A stretch of 64,000 nucleotides of DNA. Origin: a virus (taxonomy: Duplodnaviria; Caudoviricetes). Location of the stretch: the IMG/VR virus record IMGVR_UViG_3300016486_001578; one strand, given 5' to 3'. The notes below the pieces were generated by a model. That model made no database searches. It was given only the letters and a program-made list of their open reading frames with translations, and was not told the origin of the DNA. Below are positions 30,831 through 41,904 of the stretch, piece after piece (positions within the stretch are counted from its first letter, which is position 1; each line of letters opens with the position of its first letter). Position numbers and translations under genes: made by a program.

Positions 30831-32780
30831 TATTAACTCATATTTTATTTTACCACAATCCCATATTCTATAATAGCCTTTACTTCTCATGAATTGACTT
30901 TCAGTTATTTTTTGTCCCTTTATTCCTAAATTAGATTTCTTAAAATTTTGCTTGTGTTTTCTATTTCCATCAATTACATATTTGTAATCTGGGTTACTTT
31001 CTGATAATAAAGAAAAACCTAATTTATTATATAAATTACCAGTTGACCAATCTCTATCAGCATAACTAATTATTCTATTTGTTTTATATCTTTTTATAAA
31101 AAAATTTAACATTTTACTTGATCCACCAACAATACTAAAATTTAGTTTATTACAAAATCTAGATAAGTTCCAACAACCATCTTTCATTTTTTTCCTACCC
31201 TCTAATTTATTAAATGTCATGACAGAAATCAACTCATTATCAAAGAACATACCTATTTTGATATTAGATATATCAATTCCTTGTATATGGTTATTGTTTA
31301 AGAATTTAGATACCTTGTCTTGTTTTATCTCTTTAATGTCACATCTTCTAGCGTATATTTTGTTCTTAGTCAGTCCTAACCAATTACTAATCTGTGATTC
31401 TAGTATTCTTTTTTTATTAATCCAATCATCTTCCCAGATATGAATAATCCTTATTCCTCTCTCCATAAAGTACTTAGTCTTATCCAAATGATAGTTTTTA
31501 TCCTTGAATTCTTCTGAGTGCCAATAAAGTCCATTAAATTCAAAGCCTATTTTTAATTCTGGTAAATAAATATCAATTTCTAAACCATCACGATATGATT
31601 GAATTATTTTACCATCATATATTGAATCTATAAAATTAAATAGTTCTTTTTCTTTTATTGAAACTGAATCACCAATTGGATTACAAACGGTACATATAGG
31701 GATATTTAGCTTTTTCCTACTCAAATAGTTATCTGATTTTATTTCAAATTCATGTCCTTCATCACATCTAAATAGTGATATAGAATCTTTTACATAACTA
31801 TCATAACCAACTTCTTTGCCTATTTTTGTGTCTAAATGAAATTTTTCCGATTTTTTGTAATTATTAACCCCGTATTTTTCAAAAATAGTCTTTTCTGACT
31901 TTGAGATAAACTCACTAGAAAGCATATAGTTATTAACACCATACTTTTCTAAACAAGTCTCTTTTATTTTATCTTTAAATTCATCCGTCTTTGAATAACT
32001 ATATGTGCCATATTTTGTAATAATGGTATCTAGCGACTTTAGCCTAAACTCATCAGAAAGCATATAGTTATTAACTCCATATCTCTCTATACATGTTTCT
32101 TTTATTTTATCTCTAAATTCATCTGTCTTGGAGTAATTATCAACACCGTACTTTTCTAAACAAGTTTCTTTTATCTTATCTTTAAATTCATCCGTCTTTG
32201 AATAACTAGTGTATCCATATTTTTCTAAGTTTTTATACTTTATTATATCCTTTATTAAAGTAGACTCAAATACGTTACCAACCCCATATTTCATTAAATT
32301 ACTACTTATTAATTTATCCTTTATTTCTTTGGAAAACATTGAATTTTTAACACCATATTTACTAATTAGAGAATTTTCACTTTTCTTCTTGAAATCGACA
32401 GTATTCATATAACTTATCTCATCATATCTATTTATGCAGGTATTCTTGGCCTTTTCTTTAACCGAGTCTAACATAGACGGACTCTCCACTCCATATTTTA
32501 TAATAGAAATTTCCTTTTTCTTGATACTACCACACTTATTTGAACAAGAATACTTATTATTATTTGATATATTTCTATTATATTCTTTGAATCCGACTTC
32601 TTTTATAGAACCACAATAGTCACACTTAGATGATATTTTTATATTAGATCCAATTGATAAGTCATCAGTAGATACTAATATTTTCTTACCACTTGGCTTT
32701 TCTGGGATATCATATTTTTTTTTATAATATGATATGTTTTTTGGATTTAAAGTGACCACCACATTTTTCGTCAATATCAT
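30816..32780 (-). CDS. Hef-like homing endonuclease with KYGV repeats
   Basis: KETCLEKYGVDN repeats; EIDIYLPE..GFEFNGLYWH; IHIWED; C-terminal SYAD...IWDCG domain. Confidence 0.75.
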   Translation of the reverse strand: MILTKNVVVTLNPKNISYYKKKYDIPEKPSGKKILVSTDDLSIGSNIKISSKCDYCGSIKEVGFKEYNRNISNNNKYSCSNKCGSIKKKEISIIKYGVESPSMLDSVKEKAKNTCINRYDEISYMNTVDFKKKSENSLISKYGVKNSMFSKEIKDKLISSNLMKYGVGNVFESTLIKDIIKYKNLEKYGYTSYSKTDEFKDKIKETCLEKYGVDNYSKTDEFRDKIKETCIERYGVNNYMLSDEFRLKSLDTIITKYGTYSYSKTDEFKDKIKETCLEKYGVNNYMLSSEFISKSEKTIFEKYGVNNYKKSEKFHLDTKIGKEVGYDSYVKDSISLFRCDEGHEFEIKSDNYLSRKKLNIPICTVCNPIGDSVSIKEKELFNFIDSIYDGKIIQSYRDGLEIDIYLPELKIGFEFNGLYWHSEEFKDKNYHLDKTKYFMERGIRIIHIWEDDWINKKRILESQISNWLGLTKNKIYARRCDIKEIKQDKVSKFLNNNHIQGIDISNIKIGMFFDNELISVMTFNKLEGRKKMKDGCWNLSRFCNKLNFSIVGGSSKMLNFFIKRYKTNRIISYADRDWSTGNLYNKLGFSLLSESNPDYKYVIDGNRKHKQNFKKSNLGIKGQKITESQFMRSKGYYRIWDCGKIKYELIKKDT

Positions 32781-32917
32781 TTTTTATCAAAAAATTTAAT
32801 TACAAGTCTTTCTAAAAATTTAGATTTGTTTATATCATTATCATCCAAATACTTAATCATTTTGTTATACACTTTTGGGTCTATTGTATAATAGTCCTTT
32901 TTTCTTCTTGTCTTCAT
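32777..32917 (-). CDS. ribbon-helix-helix-like small protein (46 aa)
   Basis: Read manually: MKTRRKKDYYTIDPKVYNKMIKYLDDNDINKSKFLERLV; ATGA overlap with the nuclease. Confidence 0.6.
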   Translation of the reverse strand: MKTRRKKDYYTIDPKVYNKMIKYLDDNDINKSKFLERLVIKFFDKK

Positions 32918-33226
32918 ATCATATATATTAAATAACCATTCTGTATTTTACACTTTTTACACTTTTTTATTTTTTTTTTAATTTTACTAACTTAATATAT
33001 ATTTAGTGAAAATTAACGAAAATATATCCTACGCCAAATCAATATTAAACAAAAATGGCATAAATAGTGACTCAGATGGATATGAACACCAAGAAGTTAT
33101 TTAAGTAATGACAGACTTGATGTTCTTAGATTTATAAAAAATATAAATAAACCTAAGAAGGAAGTGGTGAAGGAACCAAAAAAGAGTATTATGAAAAGAT
33201 TTGGTGATTTTTTCAAAAGGAAATAA

Positions 33227-33499
33227 ATGATTATGAAATATTTAAAAATATATGAGGAGTTCAATGATGGTGATGTAGTAAAATATAGAGGACAGCCGGC
33301 CAAGGTAGTATCAGAAGAATCCGATAAAGTTACAATTAATTTATTAAAATTTAACAGGAAATTAGAAGTAGGTAAAAATGAAATAACTAAAATAAATAAA
33401 TGCTTATCACAATGTGATAAAAAAGTCATAACAGATGAAGAAGGGAAGAGGTTTGTTAAGTGTTCTTTTTGTGGTATGGAAAAAAGGTTTAAGAGATAA
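33227..33499 (+). CDS. small zinc-ribbon protein, CTS-like N-terminus
   Basis: MKYLKIYEEF; CLSQC...CSFC. Confidence 0.65.
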   Translation: MIMKYLKIYEEFNDGDVVKYRGQPAKVVSEESDKVTINLLKFNRKLEVGKNEITKINKCLSQCDKKVITDEEGKRFVKCSFCGMEKRFKR

Positions 33500-33686
33500 T
33501 ATCAAACTTCCTTAGTATAACTGTATCATTTTCATACCCTTCGTATAAATCCTTTTTATATAGTGTAAATTTAGAAACCCCCAAAACACCAGAAGAATGT
33601 ATTGAATATAATTTACCTAAATTAACGAATATTTCAATTCTATTTGTTAACTTCCATATAACACATATGACTGTTCGACTATTCAA
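33489..33686 (-). CDS. hypothetical protein
   Basis: 65-aa ORF coupled to the DUF1653-like gene. Confidence 0.4.
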   Translation of the reverse strand: MNSRTVICVIWKLTNRIEIFVNLGKLYSIHSSGVLGVSKFTLYKKDLYEGYENDTVILRKFDIIS

Positions 33687-33898
33687 ACCCCACTATATAC
33701 TTTGAATCTAATTCCGCCATCTTCGGTTTCTTTATTCCATTCAACCAATGGTCTAGCGAAATATGTTCCAAAAAGTACAGATTTATAAATAACTAATATA
33801 TCATCATTTTCTGTGTGTTTAGATAAAAATAAAAATTCATAAACACCACCTTTATAGTGTTCATATAATCTTCCAGGCATAGGGTATTTATTTTCCAT
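33683..33898 (-). CDS. DUF1653-like protein
   Basis: YEHYKGGVY...HTE...VIYKS...FARP. Confidence 0.8.
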   Translation of the reverse strand: MENKYPMPGRLYEHYKGGVYEFLFLSKHTENDDILVIYKSVLFGTYFARPLVEWNKETEDGGIRFKVYSGV

Positions 33899-33947
33899 CC
33901 TTTTATATTATATAAATCTGATTAAGTTTTATCAGACAAAATCGATT

Positions 33948-34466
33948 CTAGGGTTTTTGATTTTTTATACCCTTTAAGTGTTTTCTAAAAGATTTCTTTG
34001 TTTTTTTATAAGAAGTAATTCTATTTTTATTTAATTTTTCTTCATGTTTTATTATATAGTCCCAAAAAAACAAAATAATATCATTACGTATTGGTGAATC
34101 ATTATCAATAGATAAATTGGCACCATTGGTTCTGAGCCTAATAAAAGGTAAATTTACTTCACCATCATTCGTTGTTCTTATTCTACATAATATTTTAATT
34201 TCTTCATTTGGTGAATTCATCGATATCTTCCAACTATCTTTATAAATAATATCATGTATAATTTCTGATTCCCAATTTTCTAATTTTATAGTTTCTAATA
34301 TCTCATAAATTATCTCATGATTTGGGTCTACATCAGTGTATATTGATTTTTTTGGTATTGGTACCAATCTTAAACTTTCTTTAGTTATATCAATAGGGCC
34401 CTTGCGAAAAAGAAAATAAAATGTTACGATTTGTGATAAAATAAGAATTATTAGAATATATTTCAT
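33948..34466 (-). CDS. membrane-anchored hypothetical protein
   Basis: N-terminal hydrophobic helix. Confidence 0.6.
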   Translation of the reverse strand: MKYILIILILSQIVTFYFLFRKGPIDITKESLRLVPIPKKSIYTDVDPNHEIIYEILETIKLENWESEIIHDIIYKDSWKISMNSPNEEIKILCRIRTTNDGEVNLPFIRLRTNGANLSIDNDSPIRNDIILFFWDYIIKHEEKLNKNRITSYKKTKKSFRKHLKGIKNQKP

Positions 34467-34483
34467 TTTTAATATATAGATTT

Positions 34484-35482
34484 ATGATTAACAAATATAA
34501 TGAATTTATATTAGATAATGAATTTAATTCTATAATTAATGAATCTTTATCTATTTTAGAGTCTAATACAGAGTGGATAGATGATAGGAATGTGGTTTGG
34601 GACTTAAATGATAGAGAATTTGAATGGGACTTATCTAAACCAAATTCAATAACCGAGAAACTAAAAAACTTTTTATCAAAGCTACCAAAGGAAAAAATAA
34701 AATATTATTTTTATGAATTATTAAAAAAAATAAAATTTTTACCAAAGAAAAAAAGAAAAAAGCTAGTGATGATATATTCATTAGTTTTCTTATCGTTTGT
34801 TTCTGTTAATTACTTATTACCAAATAGCACAGATTCAAATATACAAGACCAAAAAGAGCTAATTTCAACATATAGTGAAGAAATATCACAAATGAAAAAT
34901 AATAATAGAAATAGAGATTATCACAAGGAAAAAGTACAATTTGATAAAGCACAAGGCATAACAAAACAAGTAGAAGCTGGATATTCTTCTGATAAAAAAG
35001 ACACCGGTAATTATATAGGTGATTTATTCATAGGAACAAATCATGGTATATCAGCACAAGTTTTGGCTGATTATATGAAAAAAACACCAACCGTTGATGA
35101 TATGATAAACTTATCTTATGAAAAAGCACTAGATATATTAAAATCTAAATATTGGGACAGCACAAATATTGAAGAATTGACTAATCAAAATGTTACTAAT
35201 TTGATATATGATGGGTTTGTGAACCAGGGAATAGGTGGAACAAAAAAAATTCTTAGAGAAGTATACGATAGAAATGGTATAGAAATATCAGATGATGATA
35301 ATCCACTTAACAAAGAATTTATATTAAAATTAAATGAATTAGACCAGAGAAAATTATTTTGTCATATAAAAGATGCTAGAGAAAATAGATATAAATCACT
35401 AAAAACATTTAAAGTACATGGTGATGGTTGGTTATCTAGATTGAATAAATTTGAATATAATGACACAGAAATAAGAACCTAG
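34484..35482 (+). CDS. GH108-family lysozyme with N-terminal extension
   Basis: EAGYS...GTNHGI, DGFVNQG, GWLSR; hydrophobic segment before the catalytic domain. Confidence 0.8.
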   Translation: MINKYNEFILDNEFNSIINESLSILESNTEWIDDRNVVWDLNDREFEWDLSKPNSITEKLKNFLSKLPKEKIKYYFYELLKKIKFLPKKKRKKLVMIYSLVFLSFVSVNYLLPNSTDSNIQDQKELISTYSEEISQMKNNNRNRDYHKEKVQFDKAQGITKQVEAGYSSDKKDTGNYIGDLFIGTNHGISAQVLADYMKKTPTVDDMINLSYEKALDILKSKYWDSTNIEELTNQNVTNLIYDGFVNQGIGGTKKILREVYDRNGIEISDDDNPLNKEFILKLNELDQRKLFCHIKDARENRYKSLKTFKVHGDGWLSRLNKFEYNDTEIRT

Positions 35483-35829
35483 TTTGGTTCGTTGTTATGG
35501 TAGCATTTGTGACATATATAGGGGTCTTCTCCGCCATCTTTTATCTTCCAAGACCAACCACATTTATCACACTTTATCTTATCACCAATTATTGATTCTC
35601 TTAATGGGTCACTTAACTTAACATCATCTACCTTATTTGTTTTCGATGGTTCTAAGTCCAACAAATCTGATACTTCAGTAGCGTCGCCTTTTTTAGACTT
35701 TTCTTTTTTTAATGGAAACCCAATATCACCAGAACCAGCAGTTCCGGTAGATCCAGGCAAAGATCCAGGTTGAGCAGAAATAACACCACCATCTTCAAAG
35801 AACTTTTTGTATTTTTTTATATAATTCAT
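35479..35829 (-). CDS. small zinc-ribbon protein
   Basis: CDKCGWSW...CHKC. Confidence 0.65.
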   Translation of the reverse strand: MNYIKKYKKFFEDGGVISAQPGSLPGSTGTAGSGDIGFPLKKEKSKKGDATEVSDLLDLEPSKTNKVDDVKLSDPLRESIIGDKIKCDKCGWSWKIKDGGEDPYICHKCYHNNEPN

Positions 35830-35848
35830 ATAATTCTATATATAAATT

Positions 35849-36066
35849 ATGGAAAGTATAGATTTACATGGAGTCAAACATATGGACGTTAAGAGGATAT
35901 TAGATATTTTTTTTGGAGAATGATGCAAAGAAATATAATACAATTTAGAGTAATAACAGGGTATAGCAATAATATGAAAATAATTGTAAAGGATACTTGT
36001 TCCGAATATGGGTTCTCAGTAGAAGAAGAGTTAAGAAATGGTGGTAGTCTAATAATAAATTCTTAG
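35849..36066 (+). CDS. Smr-domain-like protein (frameshift in T-run)
   Basis: MESIDLHG...(shift near 35907-13)...RVITG...NGG. Confidence 0.6.
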
Positions 36067-36104
36067 AATTATAATTTAATATATAAATAAAATATCAAAG
36101 AAAA

Positions 36105-37742
36105 ATGGTAAAAAAATATCTAGACTTTATTAATGAAGAATCCTATATAATATTAGAATCAGATGTTATTTATTCTGATAAATTCAGAAAAGCAATTAAT
36201 AAAATAGATCATCCAATATCAAAATCATTAATAGATATAGAAAATAAAGATTTAGATGTTAGAAACAACTATTTTGATATATCAATAGGAACAAATGATA
36301 GAATATCTTTTATTCCGGATTCAAAAGCACAAGAAATAATAAACGATGATAAGAAATACTATTCATTTAATGGTAGTGGTAGAGTAAGGCACTCAGATGC
36401 AAATAGTGACATTTTTAATAGATTAGGATACGAACCAGTTGGTGATTCTTCTTATTCACCAAACTCAAATGAGATAGGGGAAGAAATATCAAGAGCAGAT
36501 TCTAATATTAGTAGTAATACATATGTTTATGTTAAATTCAAAGATGGTGAGGGTGTCTATAATTTAAATGGATTGAGAGAAAGGGAACCAATAGATGGTG
36601 TTTGGACAAAAAATAGACAAGAGATAAAAATAGGAAAGGGCGTTAAATCGATATTAAAAAGCTCAGATATAGAATTTTCACCAAAAGAGTTGGAAGATTA
36701 TGTTAATTTATTTAAATCAACTATTGATATAATGAGTGATAAATTTTCAAATTTTGAAGTTGTTGATGGAGATAAAATAGCACATTGGTATAAAAGAAGA
36801 AATTACCATAAAAACGCAGGAAGTAGCACAACCGGTACTTTAGGAACATCTTGTATGGCTGGCGTACCTAGTAGTTATTTTGATATTTATGTAAAAAACC
36901 CAGAGGTTTGTAAGTTAATAATAATGAAATCACCTGATGATGATGCTGAGATAATAGCAAGGGCCCTTCTCTGGAAATTAAAGGATGGTAAAATGTTTAT
37001 GGATAGAGTTTATACAATAAATGATTCCGATGTAAATTTATTCAAAGAATACGCTAAGGAAAATGGTTGGTACGCTAAGTATTATAATAATTCCAGCGCA
37101 GACAGTGATGCAAAAAACCCACAAGGAGAAAGGGTTGACTTAGATATAGAAGTACAATTAGGAGTTTTTGGATATAATGATTATCCTTATATGGATACTC
37201 TAAAATTTTATAATGATAGCGAAGATACACTATCAATAAACTCTACCTATTCAACCGCAACATTGGAATCAACAGATGGAAATGCTATGGATTGTGAGGA
37301 TTGTGAGGGTTCTAGAGTGGTTACTTGTGGTGAATGTAATGGAAACGGTGAGTGTAGGTGTGAGGATTGTGATGGCGAGGGTGATATCGATTGTAATGAA
37401 TGTGATGGTGAGGGCGAGTCAGAATGTGGGGACTGTGATGGAACAGGGTCGGAAGAATGTGATGAGTGTATCAGAGGAAAAATAGAGTGTGTTAATTGTG
37501 ATGGATCAGGAGAATACGATGATGAGGATTGTGAGGATTGTGATGGCGAAGGCGAATCAGACTGTGAGGATTGTGATGGCGAAGGACATATAGAATGCAG
37601 AAGATGTGATGGTGAATCAACAATAAAGTGTAATGATTGTAGTGGTAGAGGATCTAAAGATTGTGAAAATTGCTATAGTGGTTATGTAGAGTGTAGTGAT
37701 TGTGGAGGTGATGGTGAAGTTTCTTGTTATGAGTGTTCATAA
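36105..37742 (+). CDS. 'SCM' family paralog 2 with DnaJ-type CxxCxGxG repeat tail
   Basis: GTSCM, RALLW, MDRVY, YPYMDT; 13-14 CxxC units. Confidence 0.8.
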   Translation: MVKKYLDFINEESYIILESDVIYSDKFRKAINKIDHPISKSLIDIENKDLDVRNNYFDISIGTNDRISFIPDSKAQEIINDDKKYYSFNGSGRVRHSDANSDIFNRLGYEPVGDSSYSPNSNEIGEEISRADSNISSNTYVYVKFKDGEGVYNLNGLREREPIDGVWTKNRQEIKIGKGVKSILKSSDIEFSPKELEDYVNLFKSTIDIMSDKFSNFEVVDGDKIAHWYKRRNYHKNAGSSTTGTLGTSCMAGVPSSYFDIYVKNPEVCKLIIMKSPDDDAEIIARALLWKLKDGKMFMDRVYTINDSDVNLFKEYAKENGWYAKYYNNSSADSDAKNPQGERVDLDIEVQLGVFGYNDYPYMDTLKFYNDSEDTLSINSTYSTATLESTDGNAMDCEDCEGSRVVTCGECNGNGECRCEDCDGEGDIDCNECDGEGESECGDCDGTGSEECDECIRGKIECVNCDGSGEYDDEDCEDCDGEGESDCEDCDGEGHIECRRCDGESTIKCNDCSGRGSKDCENCYSGYVECSDCGGDGEVSCYECS

Positions 37743-37779
37743 AAATTAAACTTTATATAAAATAACATATATCAATATT

Positions 37780-38115
37780 ATGATAAATAAAATAATATCT
37801 TTAATAGAAAAACACCATAATAATTCAGATAATTGGATATCCGAAGTTTCAAAAGAAATAAAAAAAATACATGACAAAGAGATAGGCTATATAGAAGAAG
37901 ATTTTTATAATTTAAAAGATGAGATTTCTGACTTAGAGAGTGAAATAGAAAATCTTGAAAATGAAATATCATCAATGAATTATAGACATTCTATTTTAGG
38001 CAAACTAACTCCAAGTAATTTATTAGAAGAACAAAAAGTTGAAATATTATCAACATTTATTGATCTAAGTTTAGGTGATTTGGAGAAAATACAAAAGGAC
38101 AAAATTAGAGATTAA
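37780..38115 (+). CDS. coiled-coil hypothetical protein
   Basis: Heptad-like LKDEISDLESEIENLE. Confidence 0.6.
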   Translation: MINKIISLIEKHHNNSDNWISEVSKEIKKIHDKEIGYIEEDFYNLKDEISDLESEIENLENEISSMNYRHSILGKLTPSNLLEEQKVEILSTFIDLSLGDLEKIQKDKIRD

Positions 38116-38161
38116 TAAACTTTCTTGATATCATCTTATATCAAGATTATAAAATATAAAT

Positions 38162-38890
38162 ATGAATTTAAAAGAAGATTTTAAAAAATATGCCAAGAGT
38201 GAAGGCATTTCTACAACAATATTAGATAACCAAATAAACTCAATAGAAAATTCACTAACTCCATATATCTTAGAAGAAAGAGAGATGAGAATGACACAAA
38301 TGGATGTTTTTAGTAGATTATTAAGGGATAGAATCATATGGCTATCTGGACCAGTTAATAGTTATATGTGTGATGTTGTGCAAGCACAATTGATGTTTTT
38401 AGACTCTACCGAGAAAAAAGATATAACACTGCATATAAATACACCAGGTGGATCGGTTTTAAGTGGATTAGGGATAATTGATGTCATGAACTATATAGGT
38501 TCTGATATAAGAACGATAAACACTGGAATGGCAGCATCTATGGGTTCAGTTCTACTTTCATCCGGAACAAAGGGTAAAAGATCCTCATTATTATACTCTA
38601 AGGTAATGACTCATCAAGTATCTCATGGAACACAAGGAAATGTTCAAGATACTAGAATAAGTCAATTAGAAGCAGAAAAATATAACTTTATTTTATTTAA
38701 AATATTAGGTGAGAATTGTGGAAAAGATTATAAAGAAGTAATTGAATTTTCTAGAAGAGATAAATGGTATAATTCACAAGAAGCTTTAGACTTTGGGTTA
38801 ATTGATGAAGTTGTTAGTGAGTCAAGTATGTCAAATATATTAGAAGGATTTGATGAATATTATAAAGAAGAGGTGTTAATAAATGATTAA
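38162..38890 (+). CDS. clpP: Clp protease proteolytic subunit
   Basis: DVFSRLLRDRII, INTPGG, AASMG, MTHQ, RDKW, FGLID. Confidence 0.95.
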   Translation: MNLKEDFKKYAKSEGISTTILDNQINSIENSLTPYILEEREMRMTQMDVFSRLLRDRIIWLSGPVNSYMCDVVQAQLMFLDSTEKKDITLHINTPGGSVLSGLGIIDVMNYIGSDIRTINTGMAASMGSVLLSSGTKGKRSSLLYSKVMTHQVSHGTQGNVQDTRISQLEAEKYNFILFKILGENCGKDYKEVIEFSRRDKWYNSQEALDFGLIDEVVSESSMSNILEGFDEYYKEEVLIND

Positions 38891-39200
38891 TAAAATAGAA
38901 TCACTTTTAAATCTAAAAGACCCAATAACTAAGCAAAATTTAGAATCTTGGGACAAAGGAGATTGCTCTGATGTTGGTATTTGTGAAATTTTATTAGATC
39001 AAATAATAAGAAATCACAAATCAGAAAATGGATCAAATTATAATACGGATTATGATTATATCAAATTAAGATATTCTAATATCGTAGATAATGATTATAT
39101 TTATAGGGTATCACACATAGGTTATAATTCAGCTACGATAAGTGGTCCCTTTACCAAAACACTAGCTGAGGAAGTTTGTTATTATTTAAATAGTAAATAA
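38883..39200 (+). CDS. hypothetical protein
   Basis: 105-aa ORF. Confidence 0.6.
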   Translation: MINKIESLLNLKDPITKQNLESWDKGDCSDVGICEILLDQIIRNHKSENGSNYNTDYDYIKLRYSNIVDNDYIYRVSHIGYNSATISGPFTKTLAEEVCYYLNSK

Positions 39201-39253
39201 TTAAACTATTACAAATTTTTTACCTATATTTACAATCAGTTAAAAAAAACACT

Positions 39254-40343
39254 ATGTCAAATTGGAAAGTATCTAAAGAAAATATTGAGTTATTTGTTCA
39301 CACAAATGCTGATGGTCTAGATTTGGGCAAAGTTGGATCTTATCAAGTTGTCGTTCAGAAAGGACTTTATAATGATGGTGATGAAGTTATATTCGCACCT
39401 GAAAAATCTGTATTAAGTGGTCAAATAAAATTAGAATTTGAAAATTATTTGGCCGGACCAAATTAGAGACAGAGTAAAGGGAGTTAGGCTTAGGGGAGAA
39501 ATATCTTCTGGTATAATTATACCTAAACATTTAGTTCCGGATTTTGAAGATATAGAAGTTGGTGTTGATGTTTCTGAAATCTTGGGAATTCACAAATATG
39601 AACCACCAATTCCAGAGGAACTACTTGGCGATGTTAGTATAATTGAAATGAATAACATAGGAACTCATGATTGTGAGCAAGTCGGTATTTATATAAATGA
39701 TCTTATAAAGGGAGAAAGGGTTGTAATTTCTGAGAAATTACACGGAACTCAAATAGTAATGGTTCATAATATAGAAACTGATGAAACTATTTTATCATCA
39801 AAGGGTCTTTTAAAAACCGGATTATCAATAAATGAATCAGATTCCAATAAATATTGGATAGCCGCTAACAATGTTGATTTAGTAAATCTTATTAAATCAA
39901 ATTTTAAAAGTGGAGTTGTTCAAATTTTTGCCGAGCTTATACCAATTCAACCTGGTTATGGTTATGGACAAGAAGAACCAACTATTAGAATATTTGATAT
40001 AAGGTTAAATTCCGAATCAATTCCATATGACAAAGTACCGACAGATTTTTCCAAAATCTGGGTACCGATTATTTACGATGGTACTTTAAATCTCGAAGAG
40101 AAAGAGGTAATTCTTCATGAAGATGAAGAGAAAGGAATCCGTAAAGTTAAAATCAATAATGTCCTTCCAAAAGAGATTATTAGTTTTAGCAAAGGTATGG
40201 AATTGGTTTCTGGAAAAGGATTACACATCAAAGAAGGGGTTGTAATAAGTCCTTATATTGATAGGTTTGCTATGGATGGCACTAGATTGCGATTGAAAGT
40301 AATAAATCCAAAATACAAAGAGACTGGTGATGAAATAAATTAA
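39254..40343 (+). CDS. RNA ligase, DRB0094-like (one-base frameshift near 39463)
   Basis: HTNAD...RLRGEISSG N-domain; EKLHG, AEL, FDI, EGVV, LKVIN motifs. Confidence 0.85.
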
Positions 40344-40372
40344 AAAAGTGTCCTTAATTGGACACTTTTTTT
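40342..40372 (+). terminator. intrinsic terminator
   Basis: AAAAAAGTGTCC-TTAATT-GGACACTTTTTTT. Confidence 0.8.
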
Positions 40373-40396
40373 GTTTATTTTCCTTATCTTTATTCG

Positions 40397-40744
40397 ATGA
40401 ACACCCATAAAAAACTACTAAATTTAGGCTTCAAAAAATGCGAGCCATATATAATCAATAATTATGATTATTCAAATCCAAAGGTAGTTATACAAAAGCC
40501 AACTCAAAATCTAGAAGAATATAGAAGATTGTATAAAAAATCAGAAGGATTTTATAATTTAAAATCAATGAACTATAAATTATGGATAAAAACAGACAGA
40601 GGATATATCTGTGAAATACTCATAGAGAGTAATAATAAAATAGAGAAAATTAGAAACATAAATATATCAAACGAGTCTGATATAATCAAAAAAATGCCAT
40701 TCACTATAAGAAGAGATATGAACCTAAATAAATTATTTAGTTAA
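40397..40744 (+). CDS. hypothetical protein
   Basis: ATG after the terminator; ends IRRDMNLNKLFS. Confidence 0.6.
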   Translation: MNTHKKLLNLGFKKCEPYIINNYDYSNPKVVIQKPTQNLEEYRRLYKKSEGFYNLKSMNYKLWIKTDRGYICEILIESNNKIEKIRNINISNESDIIKKMPFTIRRDMNLNKLFS

Positions 40745-40797
40745 TGAGATTTTATTTAATAATATACTTATTGATATCTATTGTTAATATATACAAT

Positions 40798-41886
40798 ATG
40801 ATAAATGGTTTTGATGATTTTATTTTTGAGTCTTATTTGGCGGAATCTATATTGTGCTTTTCTCCTAGGTTTAGGAAAAAATTAAATTCAATATCCGATG
40901 ATAATAACATAGCAAAAGAATTATTAGATTTAGAACAAACGGATATAAAATCCGACCTAACATTCATTGACATAGATGAAGAAGATTTTAACTTTCTAAC
41001 TTTTATACCAATGAAAAATGCTGAATCAATTATAAAAAATCATTGGGCATATGATGATGATCATGGTCTAGAATTCTCAATAACAGATGATATTTGGTCA
41101 AATAGATTTGATGCTGATAATAAATTTCCCAGAGTATATACAAAAGGAAGAAATTCTATAAAAATAGGAAAACTAGTAAATAAAATTTCACAGGGCAAGT
41201 ATAAAAATGTCGATGTCGAAAGATTTGTCAATATGATGAAATCGACAAGATCTGATAAAAATGAGACTTTTGAATTAGTATATGGTAAAGAAATACCACA
41301 ATGGTATGATAAAGATAAATACTTTGATAAGAGTACTGGAAATATACTTGGTAATTCTTGTATGAGAGATTTAAGAAAGGACGCATTTAAAATTTATGAA
41401 GATAACCCAAATAGTGTTAGAATGTTGATACTTAAATTAGGTGATAAATTATTAGGAAGAGCACTAATTTGGAAATTAAAAAAAGTAACTAGTAAAGGAA
41501 AAGAAATACAATATGAGTATTTTATGGATAGAGTTTATGTTGGAAAAGATAGTGATTATCATAAATTTGTTAATTATGCAAACGAAAAAGGCTGGCTCAG
41601 AAAAGGACACAATGGACTAGGAAGTCCGGATTGGGCTAATTATAAGTCTATGGAATTAAATGATGTAGTTATGACTGTTAAAGTAAAGCCAATTCATTAT
41701 GAATTTTATCCATATCTAGACACATTTGGTAGATATAATAGTGACCTAGGAATTTTATACAATGATACAAATTGGAAAAAAGGCGGTCATATAATAAATT
41801 ATGTAAATGGTGAATATAGAAGGTCAATAACCAAGTCAAAAATTTTAAAGAATAAGATAAAGCGTTTTTTTGGATTTGATGATTAA
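40798..41886 (+). CDS. 'SCM' family paralog 3
   Basis: GNSCM, GRALIW, MDRVY, YPYLDT. Confidence 0.75.
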   Translation: MINGFDDFIFESYLAESILCFSPRFRKKLNSISDDNNIAKELLDLEQTDIKSDLTFIDIDEEDFNFLTFIPMKNAESIIKNHWAYDDDHGLEFSITDDIWSNRFDADNKFPRVYTKGRNSIKIGKLVNKISQGKYKNVDVERFVNMMKSTRSDKNETFELVYGKEIPQWYDKDKYFDKSTGNILGNSCMRDLRKDAFKIYEDNPNSVRMLILKLGDKLLGRALIWKLKKVTSKGKEIQYEYFMDRVYVGKDSDYHKFVNYANEKGWLRKGHNGLGSPDWANYKSMELNDVVMTVKVKPIHYEFYPYLDTFGRYNSDLGILYNDTNWKKGGHIINYVNGEYRRSITKSKILKNKIKRFFGFDD

Positions 41887-41900
41887 TTTAAGTATCTTTG
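41869..41900 (+). promoter_or_regulatory. Bacteroidota-type sigma70 promoter
   Basis: TTTG, 20 nt, TATCTTTG; ATG at 41905 suggests a leaderless mRNA. Confidence 0.55.
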
Positions 41901-41904
41901 TTGA

